Below are positions 25,109-32,000 of a DNA stretch of 32,000 bases, in pieces; within the stretch, counting starts at the first letter, position 1; the number at the start of each line of letters is the position of its first letter. Source of the DNA: Candidatus Saccharimonadota bacterium (GTDB lineage: Bacteria > Patescibacteriota > Saccharimonadia > Saccharimonadales > Saccharimonadaceae); NCBI RefSeq assembly GCF_025273655.1, contig NZ_CP045921.1, forward strand, positions 810,001-842,000, in the 5' to 3' direction. The position numbers and the translations under genes are program-made. A model generated the notes under the pieces. That model saw only the letters and a list, made by a program, of their open reading frames with translations. It was not told the origin of the DNA and ran no database searches.

Positions 25109-25477
25109 ATGACCAAAATTGCCATAATCGAAGACGATTCAGCCATCCATCAAATGTACCGCATGAAGTTTGAAAGCGAAGGCTTCGACGTTCAGCTGGC
25201 TGCCGACGGCCGTACAGGTGTGGCACTCGTCAAAACGTTTCGGCCGGATCTTATACTGCTTGACTTGCAGATGCCAGAGGTCGACGGTCTTACAGCACTG
25301 CGCCAAATCCGCGGAGAGGAATGGGGGAAACATATTCCTGTCATCATCCTGACGAACCTAGGTGCAGAAGAGTCGCCAAAAGAGCTGCAATCGCTTGGCA
25401 TTAGTGGTTATATCGTCAAAGCCGACCTCACTCCACGCCAAGTCGTTGCCCGCGTCAAAGAAGTACTTGGCAGTTAA
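25109..25477 (+). CDS. Single-domain (CheY-like) response regulator
   Basis: The 122-aa protein is a receiver domain only, with acidic pair EDD, phospho-acceptor D in LILLDLQMPEVDG, T in ILTN and K in YIVKA. There is no output domain. An extended -10 TGcTATAGT is at 25089-25097, 11 nt before the ATG, with no SD. Confidence 0.9.
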   Translation: MTKIAIIEDDSAIHQMYRMKFESEGFDVQLAADGRTGVALVKTFRPDLILLDLQMPEVDGLTALRQIRGEEWGKHIPVIILTNLGAEESPKELQSLGISGYIVKADLTPRQVVARVKEVLGS

Positions 25478-26292
25478 TTTTGACGGCTCTCGGCCACACG
25501 GCGCGCGGCTAGCAACACATTGTCAAACAGTGCCGCCACCGTTAGCGGACCTACACCACCACGCTCTGGTGTGATCGTGAGATCTTGTCGCTCTCGCACA
25601 TCATGCGCTACATCTCCTCGTATTACTCCACCTTCGCTGGCAGTACCTGCATCTACCACTACGGCATTTTGTGCAATCATGTCAGCCGTAATCACACCCG
25701 GTTGACCAGTTGCAGTGATAATTACTTTAGCCTTGCGCAGTTCCTCGGGGAGAACGTCAGCCGAGGTTTCGTCGTAGCTCATTACATCTACGCCAGAGTT
25801 GCGGAGCATCTTCTCGAGTGGCGCACCCACAAGTCGCCCACGACCCACAATTGCTACGTGTTCCAGGTTGATATTGTAGCCGGCTAGAAGCCACAAAATC
25901 GCAGTTGGGGTAGCTGGATCAAACTGCGCGTGGCTAGATAAGCCATCGACGTCTTTGTCTGCCATAACCGCCTCTATTGCCCCCTCTGTCAGGTCTGCCG
26001 GCGTAACCGGCAATTGCACAATGACACCGTGCACACTATCATCCTCATTCAGTGATTCAATCCTGGCTATGAGGGAGTCTGGCGTTTCGCTATAGACAGC
26101 CACCTCGACGCCGATATCATCACCATATGCTTGCTTGAGGCGAACATATGTTGAGATTACGTCACTCTGGGTATTGCAGCGTACAATAGCAAGTGTTGGA
26201 TGTATGTGGTGCGCTTGCTTAAGATTGCGCACTTGCTTTGCTTGGCGCTCTTTGATGAAATCGACAAGCTCCGAACCAGAAAGTAGTTTCAT
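25474..26292 (-). CDS. folD: Bifunctional methylenetetrahydrofolate dehydrogenase/cyclohydrolase
   Basis: From ATG 26292 the frame reads MKLLSGSELVDFIKERQ. Motifs are YVRLKQ.., VIVQLP, DVDG, VAIVGRGRLVGAPL and PERGGVGPLTVAALFDN. The 32 upstream codons of the track ORF are unsupported. The stop overlaps the convergent RR stop (TTAA). Confidence 0.9.
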   Translation of the reverse strand: MKLLSGSELVDFIKERQAKQVRNLKQAHHIHPTLAIVRCNTQSDVISTYVRLKQAYGDDIGVEVAVYSETPDSLIARIESLNEDDSVHGVIVQLPVTPADLTEGAIEAVMADKDVDGLSSHAQFDPATPTAILWLLAGYNINLEHVAIVGRGRLVGAPLEKMLRNSGVDVMSYDETSADVLPEELRKAKVIITATGQPGVITADMIAQNAVVVDAGTASEGGVIRGDVAHDVRERQDLTITPERGGVGPLTVAALFDNVLLAARRVAESRQN

Positions 26293-26360
26293 ATACGTAT
26301 ATTGTATCAAATCTGGCGACAGTGCTATAGTGAAGATATACTTAAGAGAAAGGTGATGCG

Positions 26361-26903
26361 ATGGATTACGAGACAACCTATCAAACAACTACAACTAGTA
26401 TGTCAGGCGGAGAGGTAGCCGCGCTTACGGGTATGACGCTGTTTTTTGGCATGCTTATCCTGATAGCCTATGTACTCACCGTCGTCGCTATGTGGCGCCT
26501 GTTTACAAAAGCCGGTGAAGCGGGCTGGAAAGCGCTGATACCCGTCTACAACAACTGGGTATTCCTCCGGATGGGAGACCAAGCTGGTTGGTGGTCAATC
26601 GTCAGTCTCGTACCATTTGTAGGCATTGTCGGCTACATCTTTACTGTGATCGCAGCATACAATGTCGGCCTCAAATTACAAAAAGAAGGCTGGTGGGTAA
26701 TACTCTATATCATCGTCCCTATCATCTGGCTCTACATACTAGCATTCGACAAATCTATCTGGAAATCGACTACAGCCGGTACTATTGACTCACCGGTTTC
26801 TAGCGACAGCAATGTGGCCAAACCAGCATACGCACCACCAGAGTCAGCTGCCGATACAGATTCACCAGAAGTACCCGCTACAAAGCCGCCCGTCCAGCTC
26901 TAG
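26361..26903 (+). CDS. DUF5684-like small membrane protein with a disordered C-terminal tail
   Basis: The RBS AAAGGTGA precedes ATG 26361. The core LFTKAGEAGWKALIPVYNNWVFLRMGDQAGWW..LVPFVG resembles the DUF5684 signature (KAG.PGW.ALIP.YN...L......WW). There are four predicted helices. Confidence 0.65.
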   Translation: MDYETTYQTTTTSMSGGEVAALTGMTLFFGMLILIAYVLTVVAMWRLFTKAGEAGWKALIPVYNNWVFLRMGDQAGWWSIVSLVPFVGIVGYIFTVIAAYNVGLKLQKEGWWVILYIIVPIIWLYILAFDKSIWKSTTAGTIDSPVSSDSNVAKPAYAPPESAADTDSPEVPATKPPVQL

Positions 26904-26960
26904 ACGCTTGCTTTTATAGGTGTTTTGATGTACTATACGTGGAGCAAATGCGACACGTAC

Positions 26961-27037
26961 GGGCCAGTAGCTCAGCTGGTTAGAGCACCTGCCTCTTAAG
27001 CAGGGTGTCGAGGGTTCAAGCCCCTCCTGGCCCTCCA
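26961..27037 (+). tRNA. tRNA-Lys (anticodon CUU), CCA encoded
   Basis: The 77-nt cloverleaf has acceptor GGGCCAG/CTGGCCC, D arm GCTC-AGCTGGTTA-GAGC, anticodon stem CCTGC/GCAGG with loop CTCTTAA (CTT), T arm GAGGG-TTCAAGC-CCCTC, and T plus CCA. Confidence 0.9.
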
Positions 27038-27043
27038 CGAAAG

Positions 27044-27069
27044 ATCCACCTCATCGCAGGTGGATTTTT
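27044..27069 (+). terminator. Rho-independent terminator after tRNA-Lys
   Basis: ATCCACCT-catcgc-AGGTGGAT is followed by TTTT. Confidence 0.7.
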
Positions 27070-27102
27070 CGTGGAAACTACCTGTGCCTACTTACACGAG
27101 TC

Positions 27103-27111
27103 TGCTACAAT
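27103..27111 (+). promoter_or_regulatory. Extended -10 element TGcTACAAT of pilin gene 1
   Basis: It lies 13 nt upstream of ATG 27125. An identical TCTGCTACAATA..CCATAA..ATGAGGGA arrangement recurs at 31541-31565 before the paralogous pilin. Confidence 0.45.
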
Positions 27112-27124
27112 AGCCATAAACGTC

Positions 27125-27592
27125 ATGAGGGATGCACAACAGAGTAATGCTGGTTTTACGGTGGTCGAGATGCTTGTCACAGTGGTGCTAGCTGGTATTT
27201 TTATCGCATTCTTTGTGCAGATGTTTCGTGCAACCTCCGCCCAGCAGTCAGCACTCATACGTCAGGCCACGGCCAACGATATCGCACGCTCCAACCTGAG
27301 CAAATTCCCCACTGTTGCCTCCATCGCGGGATACACCTGCGACACCAACTCTAGCACAAGCGCCAACACTAATAACCTGACTATAAATCCAAATGCCGCT
27401 GGCACCGCTATCCTGTCTGACAGTCAAAAAGAAACCGACCCGGGCACTATCGGTACACTTGTCCAAACAGTGCGGGCACTTTCGCCACGAGGTTGTAGTG
27501 GTAGCTACCTACCTGTCAAAATCGTATCGACAGTCGAATATGGGTTCACCGGCCAGCGTGACACAGTGGAGTATGCCACCTATGTCTTCTAG
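27125..27592 (+). CDS. Type IV pilin-like protein (prepilin-type N-terminal cleavage/methylation signal)
   Basis: The leader MRDAQQSNAG|FTVVEMLVTVVLAGIFIAFFV has G-1, F+1 and E+5 followed by a hydrophobic helix. The protein is 155 aa with a Cys pair in the C-terminal half (C..C). The track ORF start at 27005 runs through the tRNA and terminator and is rejected. Confidence 0.8.
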   Translation: MRDAQQSNAGFTVVEMLVTVVLAGIFIAFFVQMFRATSAQQSALIRQATANDIARSNLSKFPTVASIAGYTCDTNSSTSANTNNLTINPNAAGTAILSDSQKETDPGTIGTLVQTVRALSPRGCSGSYLPVKIVSTVEYGFTGQRDTVEYATYVF

Positions 27593-28418
27593 GCCCCGAC
27601 AGCGACATGGCTTCACTGTACCCGAACTACTTGTTGCTATCACTATCTCGGGAATCATTCTCGTTGGGCTTATATCGCTATTCGTTGGGCTGGCCAACAA
27701 CAGTGCTGCGGTTATCAAGACATCCGACCAAATTCGTAACAACAACACCGTCATCAGCTCCATCGAAAGTGACATGCGTCTTACCAAATCCTTTCGTGCT
27801 ACAGCTTCGCTCGCCGACGGCGACTCAACAGCTTCGCCTATACAGCCTAGCGGTTGGGTATTCCGCGGTATCGACAGCAACAGCCGCATACTTATCCTAC
27901 AAACCTACGCCACCACCACCAATAGCAAGGCAGACGAACGACAGATCGTCTATAGAGACGATGGACTCGGTGGGTGCCCAGTCGGGCTCAATCCGGTCTA
28001 CAACAATATTATCTATTTCCTAAAGGATGACACACTCTACCGACGTACACTCGTAGAAGCCACGCCTCCCCCTTCTACTCAGTACTGCGGCAGCACCCCA
28101 ACAGACTCTGTTGCCACTATTTCGCAGAAGCAAACCTGTACCGACGGACAAGCAAGTGGCATGCCCAGCAATTGCCGAGAAAAAGACGTTGCTCTCGCAA
28201 AAGGCATAACTCAATTTTCTATCCAGTATTATCAAAACCCCAGTGACAGTACTACACTTAACTCTGTATACAGCATGACAGACACAGATGCCAACACCGC
28301 GCTCAGCGGCACTAGTTCACTTCGTATCGATGTCACAACCAAGGGAGAACCGACAGCAAATATTGCAGACATTGCGTCGTATCGTCGCCTCTCGAAAGGA
28401 GCACTCCGTGTATTCTAA
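27582..28418 (+). CDS. Minor pilin-like protein (PilW/GspJ-like size) with a prepilin signal
   Basis: The leader MSSRPRQRHG|FTVPELLVAITISGIILVGLISLFVG has G-1, F+1 and E+5. The protein is about 278 aa. The start is ATG 27582 (GGAG 10 nt upstream) or ATG 27573, and it overlaps the pilin 1 stop. Confidence 0.75.
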   Translation: MSSRPRQRHGFTVPELLVAITISGIILVGLISLFVGLANNSAAVIKTSDQIRNNNTVISSIESDMRLTKSFRATASLADGDSTASPIQPSGWVFRGIDSNSRILILQTYATTTNSKADERQIVYRDDGLGGCPVGLNPVYNNIIYFLKDDTLYRRTLVEATPPPSTQYCGSTPTDSVATISQKQTCTDGQASGMPSNCREKDVALAKGITQFSIQYYQNPSDSTTLNSVYSMTDTDANTALSGTSSLRIDVTTKGEPTANIADIASYRRLSKGALRVF

Positions 28419-31400
28419 TACCCGCCAACAGGGCTTCATACTGCCAGCGCTGATCGTACTCTCACTGTTACTCATGTCGATGGGGCTAGTTGCTCTTCAG
28501 TACGTTGCGTCTTCTACCAACTCAGTCCAATCAGCATTTTATAACAATATGTCTAAAGAGGTGGCCCACGCAGGCGCATCCCTCGCATACAGCTGCCTCC
28601 GTAGCAACGGTGGCGCCGCCCAGTGGACAGGTAGCAAAAAAGCCCTAACCGTAGGAAGCGACTGCGCGGGTATTACCTACGCCGGCGGAATAGACTGTGC
28701 AGCAGGCAGAGATGCCAGCATAGCTCCCGATACCAGCACCCTATCACAGGGACCAAATGGTAGCTGGAAATCCCGGTTCATCGTATGCGAGCCGACAGTG
28801 GGCACTGGAGGTATTAGCTATATCGCAAAAGGCATTGTCGAATTCTACTATGCCGGAAGTAGTACTCCCACGCGGAGCTTCACAAGCCTCACAAAAGTCA
28901 ATATTCCGTATGATCTCAGCGCCTCAACAGTCCGCAAAGCTGTCGGCAAGGCAGTCACCCAGATGGAATCTGGCGGCAACTCCAACTGCGCCATTGCCAA
29001 TCAACAGTTGTATTGCTGGGGCGTCAATAACGTAGGTCAGATGGCACAGGGTGGCTCTGACACCGCAAGCCGCTCCTCACCCACACTTATCACCACTGGT
29101 GCCTTGAGCGGTAAACGGGTCACCTACACATCGATGGGCTACACAAATGGTTGCGCCATTGCCGACGGTCGCAGTTATTGTTGGGCAATCAACCAACGCG
29201 GCCAACTTGGCAATGGCACAGCACCAGGCTTTCTATCGGATTTCGATATCGTCGCACTACTTGCTGCGACGCGCTACCAGCCGACTCAGGTCACTGGCCC
29301 ACTCGCAAACGTTAATACTACCAAAATATCTGCCAGCTGGGCCCTAGATAACAATGCCGATCGCTCCCATAGTTGCGCACTTGCAAACGGTGCAGTATAT
29401 TGCTGGGGAAGTAACTACTATGGACAGCTCGGACAGCCGAAGTACGAAGGCGCCGTAGATGTACTCTGTGCGGCAAGTGGATGGGTAGCTGGCTACATTT
29501 TATTCGTGCCGTCTTCGTGGCTCTGCCCCAAGCCAGAATATACGGGCATGAGCATTGGTGACAATCACGACTACTATTCACCATCTCCAATTCTAGGCTT
29601 CGGCTCTCGCCCCCAAGAAAGCCAGGGGCTTTTCTATGGCAAACGCGTTACAGACTTCGACACTGGTGTATTTGGTGATTGTGCAATTGCCAATGGCTCA
29701 GTATATTGCTGGGGAGAGAATACACTACAGGTTCGAGGGTCGGCAGATCCCCTCGGGGGACTCACGACACAATCGACCAATGCGCTCAAGCAGGGTGATT
29801 TATCTGGCCGTTACGCTACATCCGTCGCTGCCGCCTCTACATCGGCATGTGCGGTAGCCGATGGCCGTATGAACTGCTGGGGACGTTTGCGTGGTGATGG
29901 CGTCGATAATGTAGTCGGTAATAGCACGCCTAAGGCCGTCACTGGGCTACCGGATGGAGATAAAGTTATCGACAAAGTCAAAAGCTCTACCGAGCTCTCT
30001 GGACCAATCTGCGGCTTCGGATCTGGTGACTCTTACTGTTGGGGACTGAATCAGCCCGGTACTGCAAGTCCCCTGCATGTCAGGCCAACCATGCTTAATA
30101 CCAATGAATCAATTACAGATGGGGGCACCGGTGGTGGCGCAGCTGGTCTCTTTGGCATAGGTGGCACCCCCGGCAACAGTTGCTATGTCGCAAATGCAAC
30201 CGTTTACTGTATCGGCAATAACGAATATGGTCAGCTAGGAAACGGCACTACGGGCGGATCATCTGGTAGCTCATTTGTGAAAGCCAATACCATAGGTCTC
30301 ACCGACGGCAAAGCCGCCACCGACATCTCGTCTGGCACTGACTACAGCTGCGCAATAATCGATGGTCAGCCTTACTGTTGGGGCAACGGTAGTAGCGGCA
30401 AGCTTGGTAACGGCGACAGTCTCAATCGCACCCACCCATATGGTGTCAATGGCCTGCCCGACTCGACGTCGTCGACACAGGTTACCGCCGGCAACGCTCA
30501 TTCATGCTCAATCACAGGCGGTCACGCCTACTGCTGGGGTAGCAATGCGTCTGGGCAAGTCGGAAGTGGTGCTAATAATCCACAACTATCTGCTCGTCTC
30601 GTGACGGGTAGTGGTTTTGAAAGTATGGCAGTCACCGACATCTCAGCCGGGCGAGATCACACTTGTGCTGTCGCAAATAGCAAGGCCTATTGCTGGGGAC
30701 TTAACACTTATGGCCAACTTGGCAATAACACGACTACTGCAACAGGTACGCCTACAGCTGTCCGAGCCAACAGTGGCGATGCACTATATGGCAAACAGGT
30801 GACCAAAATCGTTGCCGGTGATCGATTCACCTGCGCGATCGCCGACGGCCAGCCTTACTGCTGGGGGGAGCGCGCTAGCGGTAAAATTGGCAATGGTGGT
30901 AGCACTAGTGGCAATACACTACTCCCCGCGGCTGTATCAAATATGACAGGCGCTTCCACCGATCTTGAAGCTGGACCAGATTATGCGTGCGCTATCGAAA
31001 GCGGCATACCGAAGTGTTGGGGCGAAAATCAGTACTACCAACTCGGTATTAATAGCACCGTTGATCAGACGACTCCCACTACCAACACCACATTACAAGG
31101 TAGCTCTAGTAGTCCAAAAAACACCACTTCCATGGCTCTTGGAACCTCTAGCGCCTGTGCAATTACCAATGGTACCACCTACTGCTGGGGCAGTCGTGCC
31201 AACGGGCGCATCGGTAACGGAGGCACCACTACTGGTAACACTGCCACTCCTACGGCAATCACGGAAGTCAACTCTACGACAGACCTAGGACCCCAAAATA
31301 CTCCGTATAAACTGTCGGCTGGCAGCTTCGGCTCTTGTGCGATAGCCAACGCCCGCATCTATTGCTGGGGTGACGGCAGTCAAGGCCAGATGGGTACCGA

Positions 31401-31494
31401 CACCACACCTTCAGCCACACTCGCACCAGGTATCACTGCCGACTATACACGAGATGTCACTATTATCTCTTGGGCAAATACTATCTTCTACTAA
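28408..31494 (+). CDS. Giant PilX-N-like pseudopilin fused to 14 RCC1-type beta-propeller repeats
   Basis: GTG at 28408 lies 5 nt after AAGGAG (28397-28402) and overlaps the upstream gene by 11 nt. The N-terminus VYSNTRQQGFILPALIVLSLLLMSMGLVAL has no Glu at +5, as in PilX_N-type minor pilins. It is followed by 14 repeats of the pattern C(A/S)I..G..YCWG.N..GQLG.G. Confidence 0.8.
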   Translation: MYSNTRQQGFILPALIVLSLLLMSMGLVALQYVASSTNSVQSAFYNNMSKEVAHAGASLAYSCLRSNGGAAQWTGSKKALTVGSDCAGITYAGGIDCAAGRDASIAPDTSTLSQGPNGSWKSRFIVCEPTVGTGGISYIAKGIVEFYYAGSSTPTRSFTSLTKVNIPYDLSASTVRKAVGKAVTQMESGGNSNCAIANQQLYCWGVNNVGQMAQGGSDTASRSSPTLITTGALSGKRVTYTSMGYTNGCAIADGRSYCWAINQRGQLGNGTAPGFLSDFDIVALLAATRYQPTQVTGPLANVNTTKISASWALDNNADRSHSCALANGAVYCWGSNYYGQLGQPKYEGAVDVLCAASGWVAGYILFVPSSWLCPKPEYTGMSIGDNHDYYSPSPILGFGSRPQESQGLFYGKRVTDFDTGVFGDCAIANGSVYCWGENTLQVRGSADPLGGLTTQSTNALKQGDLSGRYATSVAAASTSACAVADGRMNCWGRLRGDGVDNVVGNSTPKAVTGLPDGDKVIDKVKSSTELSGPICGFGSGDSYCWGLNQPGTASPLHVRPTMLNTNESITDGGTGGGAAGLFGIGGTPGNSCYVANATVYCIGNNEYGQLGNGTTGGSSGSSFVKANTIGLTDGKAATDISSGTDYSCAIIDGQPYCWGNGSSGKLGNGDSLNRTHPYGVNGLPDSTSSTQVTAGNAHSCSITGGHAYCWGSNASGQVGSGANNPQLSARLVTGSGFESMAVTDISAGRDHTCAVANSKAYCWGLNTYGQLGNNTTTATGTPTAVRANSGDALYGKQVTKIVAGDRFTCAIADGQPYCWGERASGKIGNGGSTSGNTLLPAAVSNMTGASTDLEAGPDYACAIESGIPKCWGENQYYQLGINSTVDQTTPTTNTTLQGSSSSPKNTTSMALGTSSACAITNGTTYCWGSRANGRIGNGGTTTGNTATPTAITEVNSTTDLGPQNTPYKLSAGSFGSCAIANARIYCWGDGSQGQMGTDTTPSATLAPGITADYTRDVTIISWANTIFY

Positions 31495-31540
31495 CGACGC
31501 GTATTGGCCGCATTAACTCGTATGGTCTCGTGGACGAATC

Positions 31541-31549
31541 TGCTACAAT
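31541..31549 (+). promoter_or_regulatory. Extended -10 element TGcTACAAT of pilin gene 2
   Basis: It has the same sequence and the same 13-nt distance to the ATG as at 27103-27111. Confidence 0.45.
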
Positions 31550-31562
31550 AACCATAAGGATT

Positions 31563-32000
31563 ATGAGGGATATGCGGAGCGATACAGGTTTTACATTGGT
31601 GGAAATGCTTGTAACAGTAGTACTGATCGGCATATTTATTGCATTTTTCGTACAGATGTTTCGCGCAGGTGCCGCACAACAAGCGTCCATCGTACGCCAA
31701 GCAAAAGCCAACAACCTCGCCTACTCCAACCTCAGCAAATTCCCACGCGCTTCCAGTATTTCACCAGCCTACGTATGTGATACCTCCACCAACACTTCTA
31801 CCAATCAAAATAATCTGACAATCAATCCGAATGCAGCTGGCACACTCATACTTAGTGATGCAAGCGCCAATAAAGAACCGACAGACAGTGCACTGCCTAA
31901 TGCCACGCAGGAAGTCAGAGCATACTCCCCACAGGGATGCGGATCAAATGCCCTGGTAAAACTTATTTCAACAGTAACCTACGGTTTTACTGGCCAACAA
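31563..32000 (+). CDS. Type IV pilin-like protein, paralog of 27125..27592 (3' end beyond window)
   Basis: It is not in the ORF track because there is no stop in the window. My translation reads MRDMRSDTG|FTLVEMLVTVVLIGIFIAFFVQMFRAGAAQQASIVRQAKANNLAYSNLSKFPRASSISPAYVCDTSTNTSTNQNNLTINPNAAGTLILSD...STVTYGFTGQQ. It is colinear with pilin 1 along its whole visible length. Confidence 0.8.
   Translation, partial: MRDMRSDTGFTLVEMLVTVVLIGIFIAFFVQMFRAGAAQQASIVRQAKANNLAYSNLSKFPRASSISPAYVCDTSTNTSTNQNNLTINPNAAGTLILSDASANKEPTDSALPNATQEVRAYSPQGCGSNALVKLISTVTYGFTGQQ

Noticed and set aside
26293-26388. A 5' extension of folD (start 26388).
   Set aside because: It would overlap the divergent DUF5684-like gene and its RBS. 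FolD homology starts at MKLLSGSELV (ATG 26292).
27005-27124. A 5' extension of the pilin 1 ORF (start 27005).
   Set aside because: It would begin inside tRNA-Lys and read through its terminator hairpin. The prepilin leader begins at ATG 27125, directly downstream of the TGcTACAAT element, which is shared with the paralog.
28288-28407. A 5' extension of the giant RCC1 ORF (start 28288).
   Set aside because: It lies wholly inside the preceding minor-pilin gene in another frame. GTG 28408 has AAGGAG at ideal spacing and yields the short leader typical of pilin-like proteins.
28960-31440. The repeat-rich propeller gene considered as a target of a diversity-generating retroelement.
   Set aside because: No reverse transcriptase is present, and no template/variable repeat pair with adenine-specific mismatches is visible in the window. 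The repeats are divergent at protein level in the manner of ordinary propeller blades.

Overview
The window is a gene-dense bacterial segment with about 50% GC by eye. All calls rest on motif recognition in the supplied translations and on reading the DNA; no searches were run.

The combination of tandem Rpf/G5 wall hydrolases, an LPXTG sortase substrate, type IV pilin-like genes, a thin glycolytic core and short or leaderless 5' ends fits a reduced Gram-positive-type lineage such as Saccharibacteria/CPR. That assignment is an inference only.

**Bases 1-11212, all minus strand (housekeeping run)**
- rsmA, 5' part only
- two paralogous DUF348-G5 wall hydrolases with different lytic domains
- a Nudix hydrolase
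- pcrA/uvrD
- a disordered tail-anchored protein
- tpiA, pgk and pyk
- a GH5 glycosidase with no signal peptide

**Bases 11215-17391**
- tRNA-Glu(UUC)
- a proline-iminopeptidase-type hydrolase
- a PadR / ABC ATPase / ABC-2 permease / MMPL operon with a twin-palindrome operator in its promoter

**Bases 17494-19699**
- A compositionally foreign island, with sampled 60-nt lines at 52-73% GC.
- It is bounded by imperfect inverted repeats with a perfect 16-bp core.
- It carries one polytopic, Cys- and Pro/Thr-rich membrane protein containing three perfect 45-bp tandem repeats.

**Bases 19826-27037**
- an LPXTG surface protein
- a small membrane protein
- a methyltransferase and histidine kinase pair, divergent from a receiver-only response regulator
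- folD
- a DUF5684-like membrane protein
- tRNA-Lys(CUU)

**Bases 27103-32000 (the most interesting locus)**
- A pilin-like module: major pilin, then a minor pilin, then a 1028-aa protein with a PilX-like N-terminus and 14 RCC1-type repeats (two predicted seven-bladed propellers).
- It is followed by a second, paralogous pilin gene with the same promoter and leader, as if the module repeats.

No CRISPR array, rRNA gene, transposase or integrase is visible.
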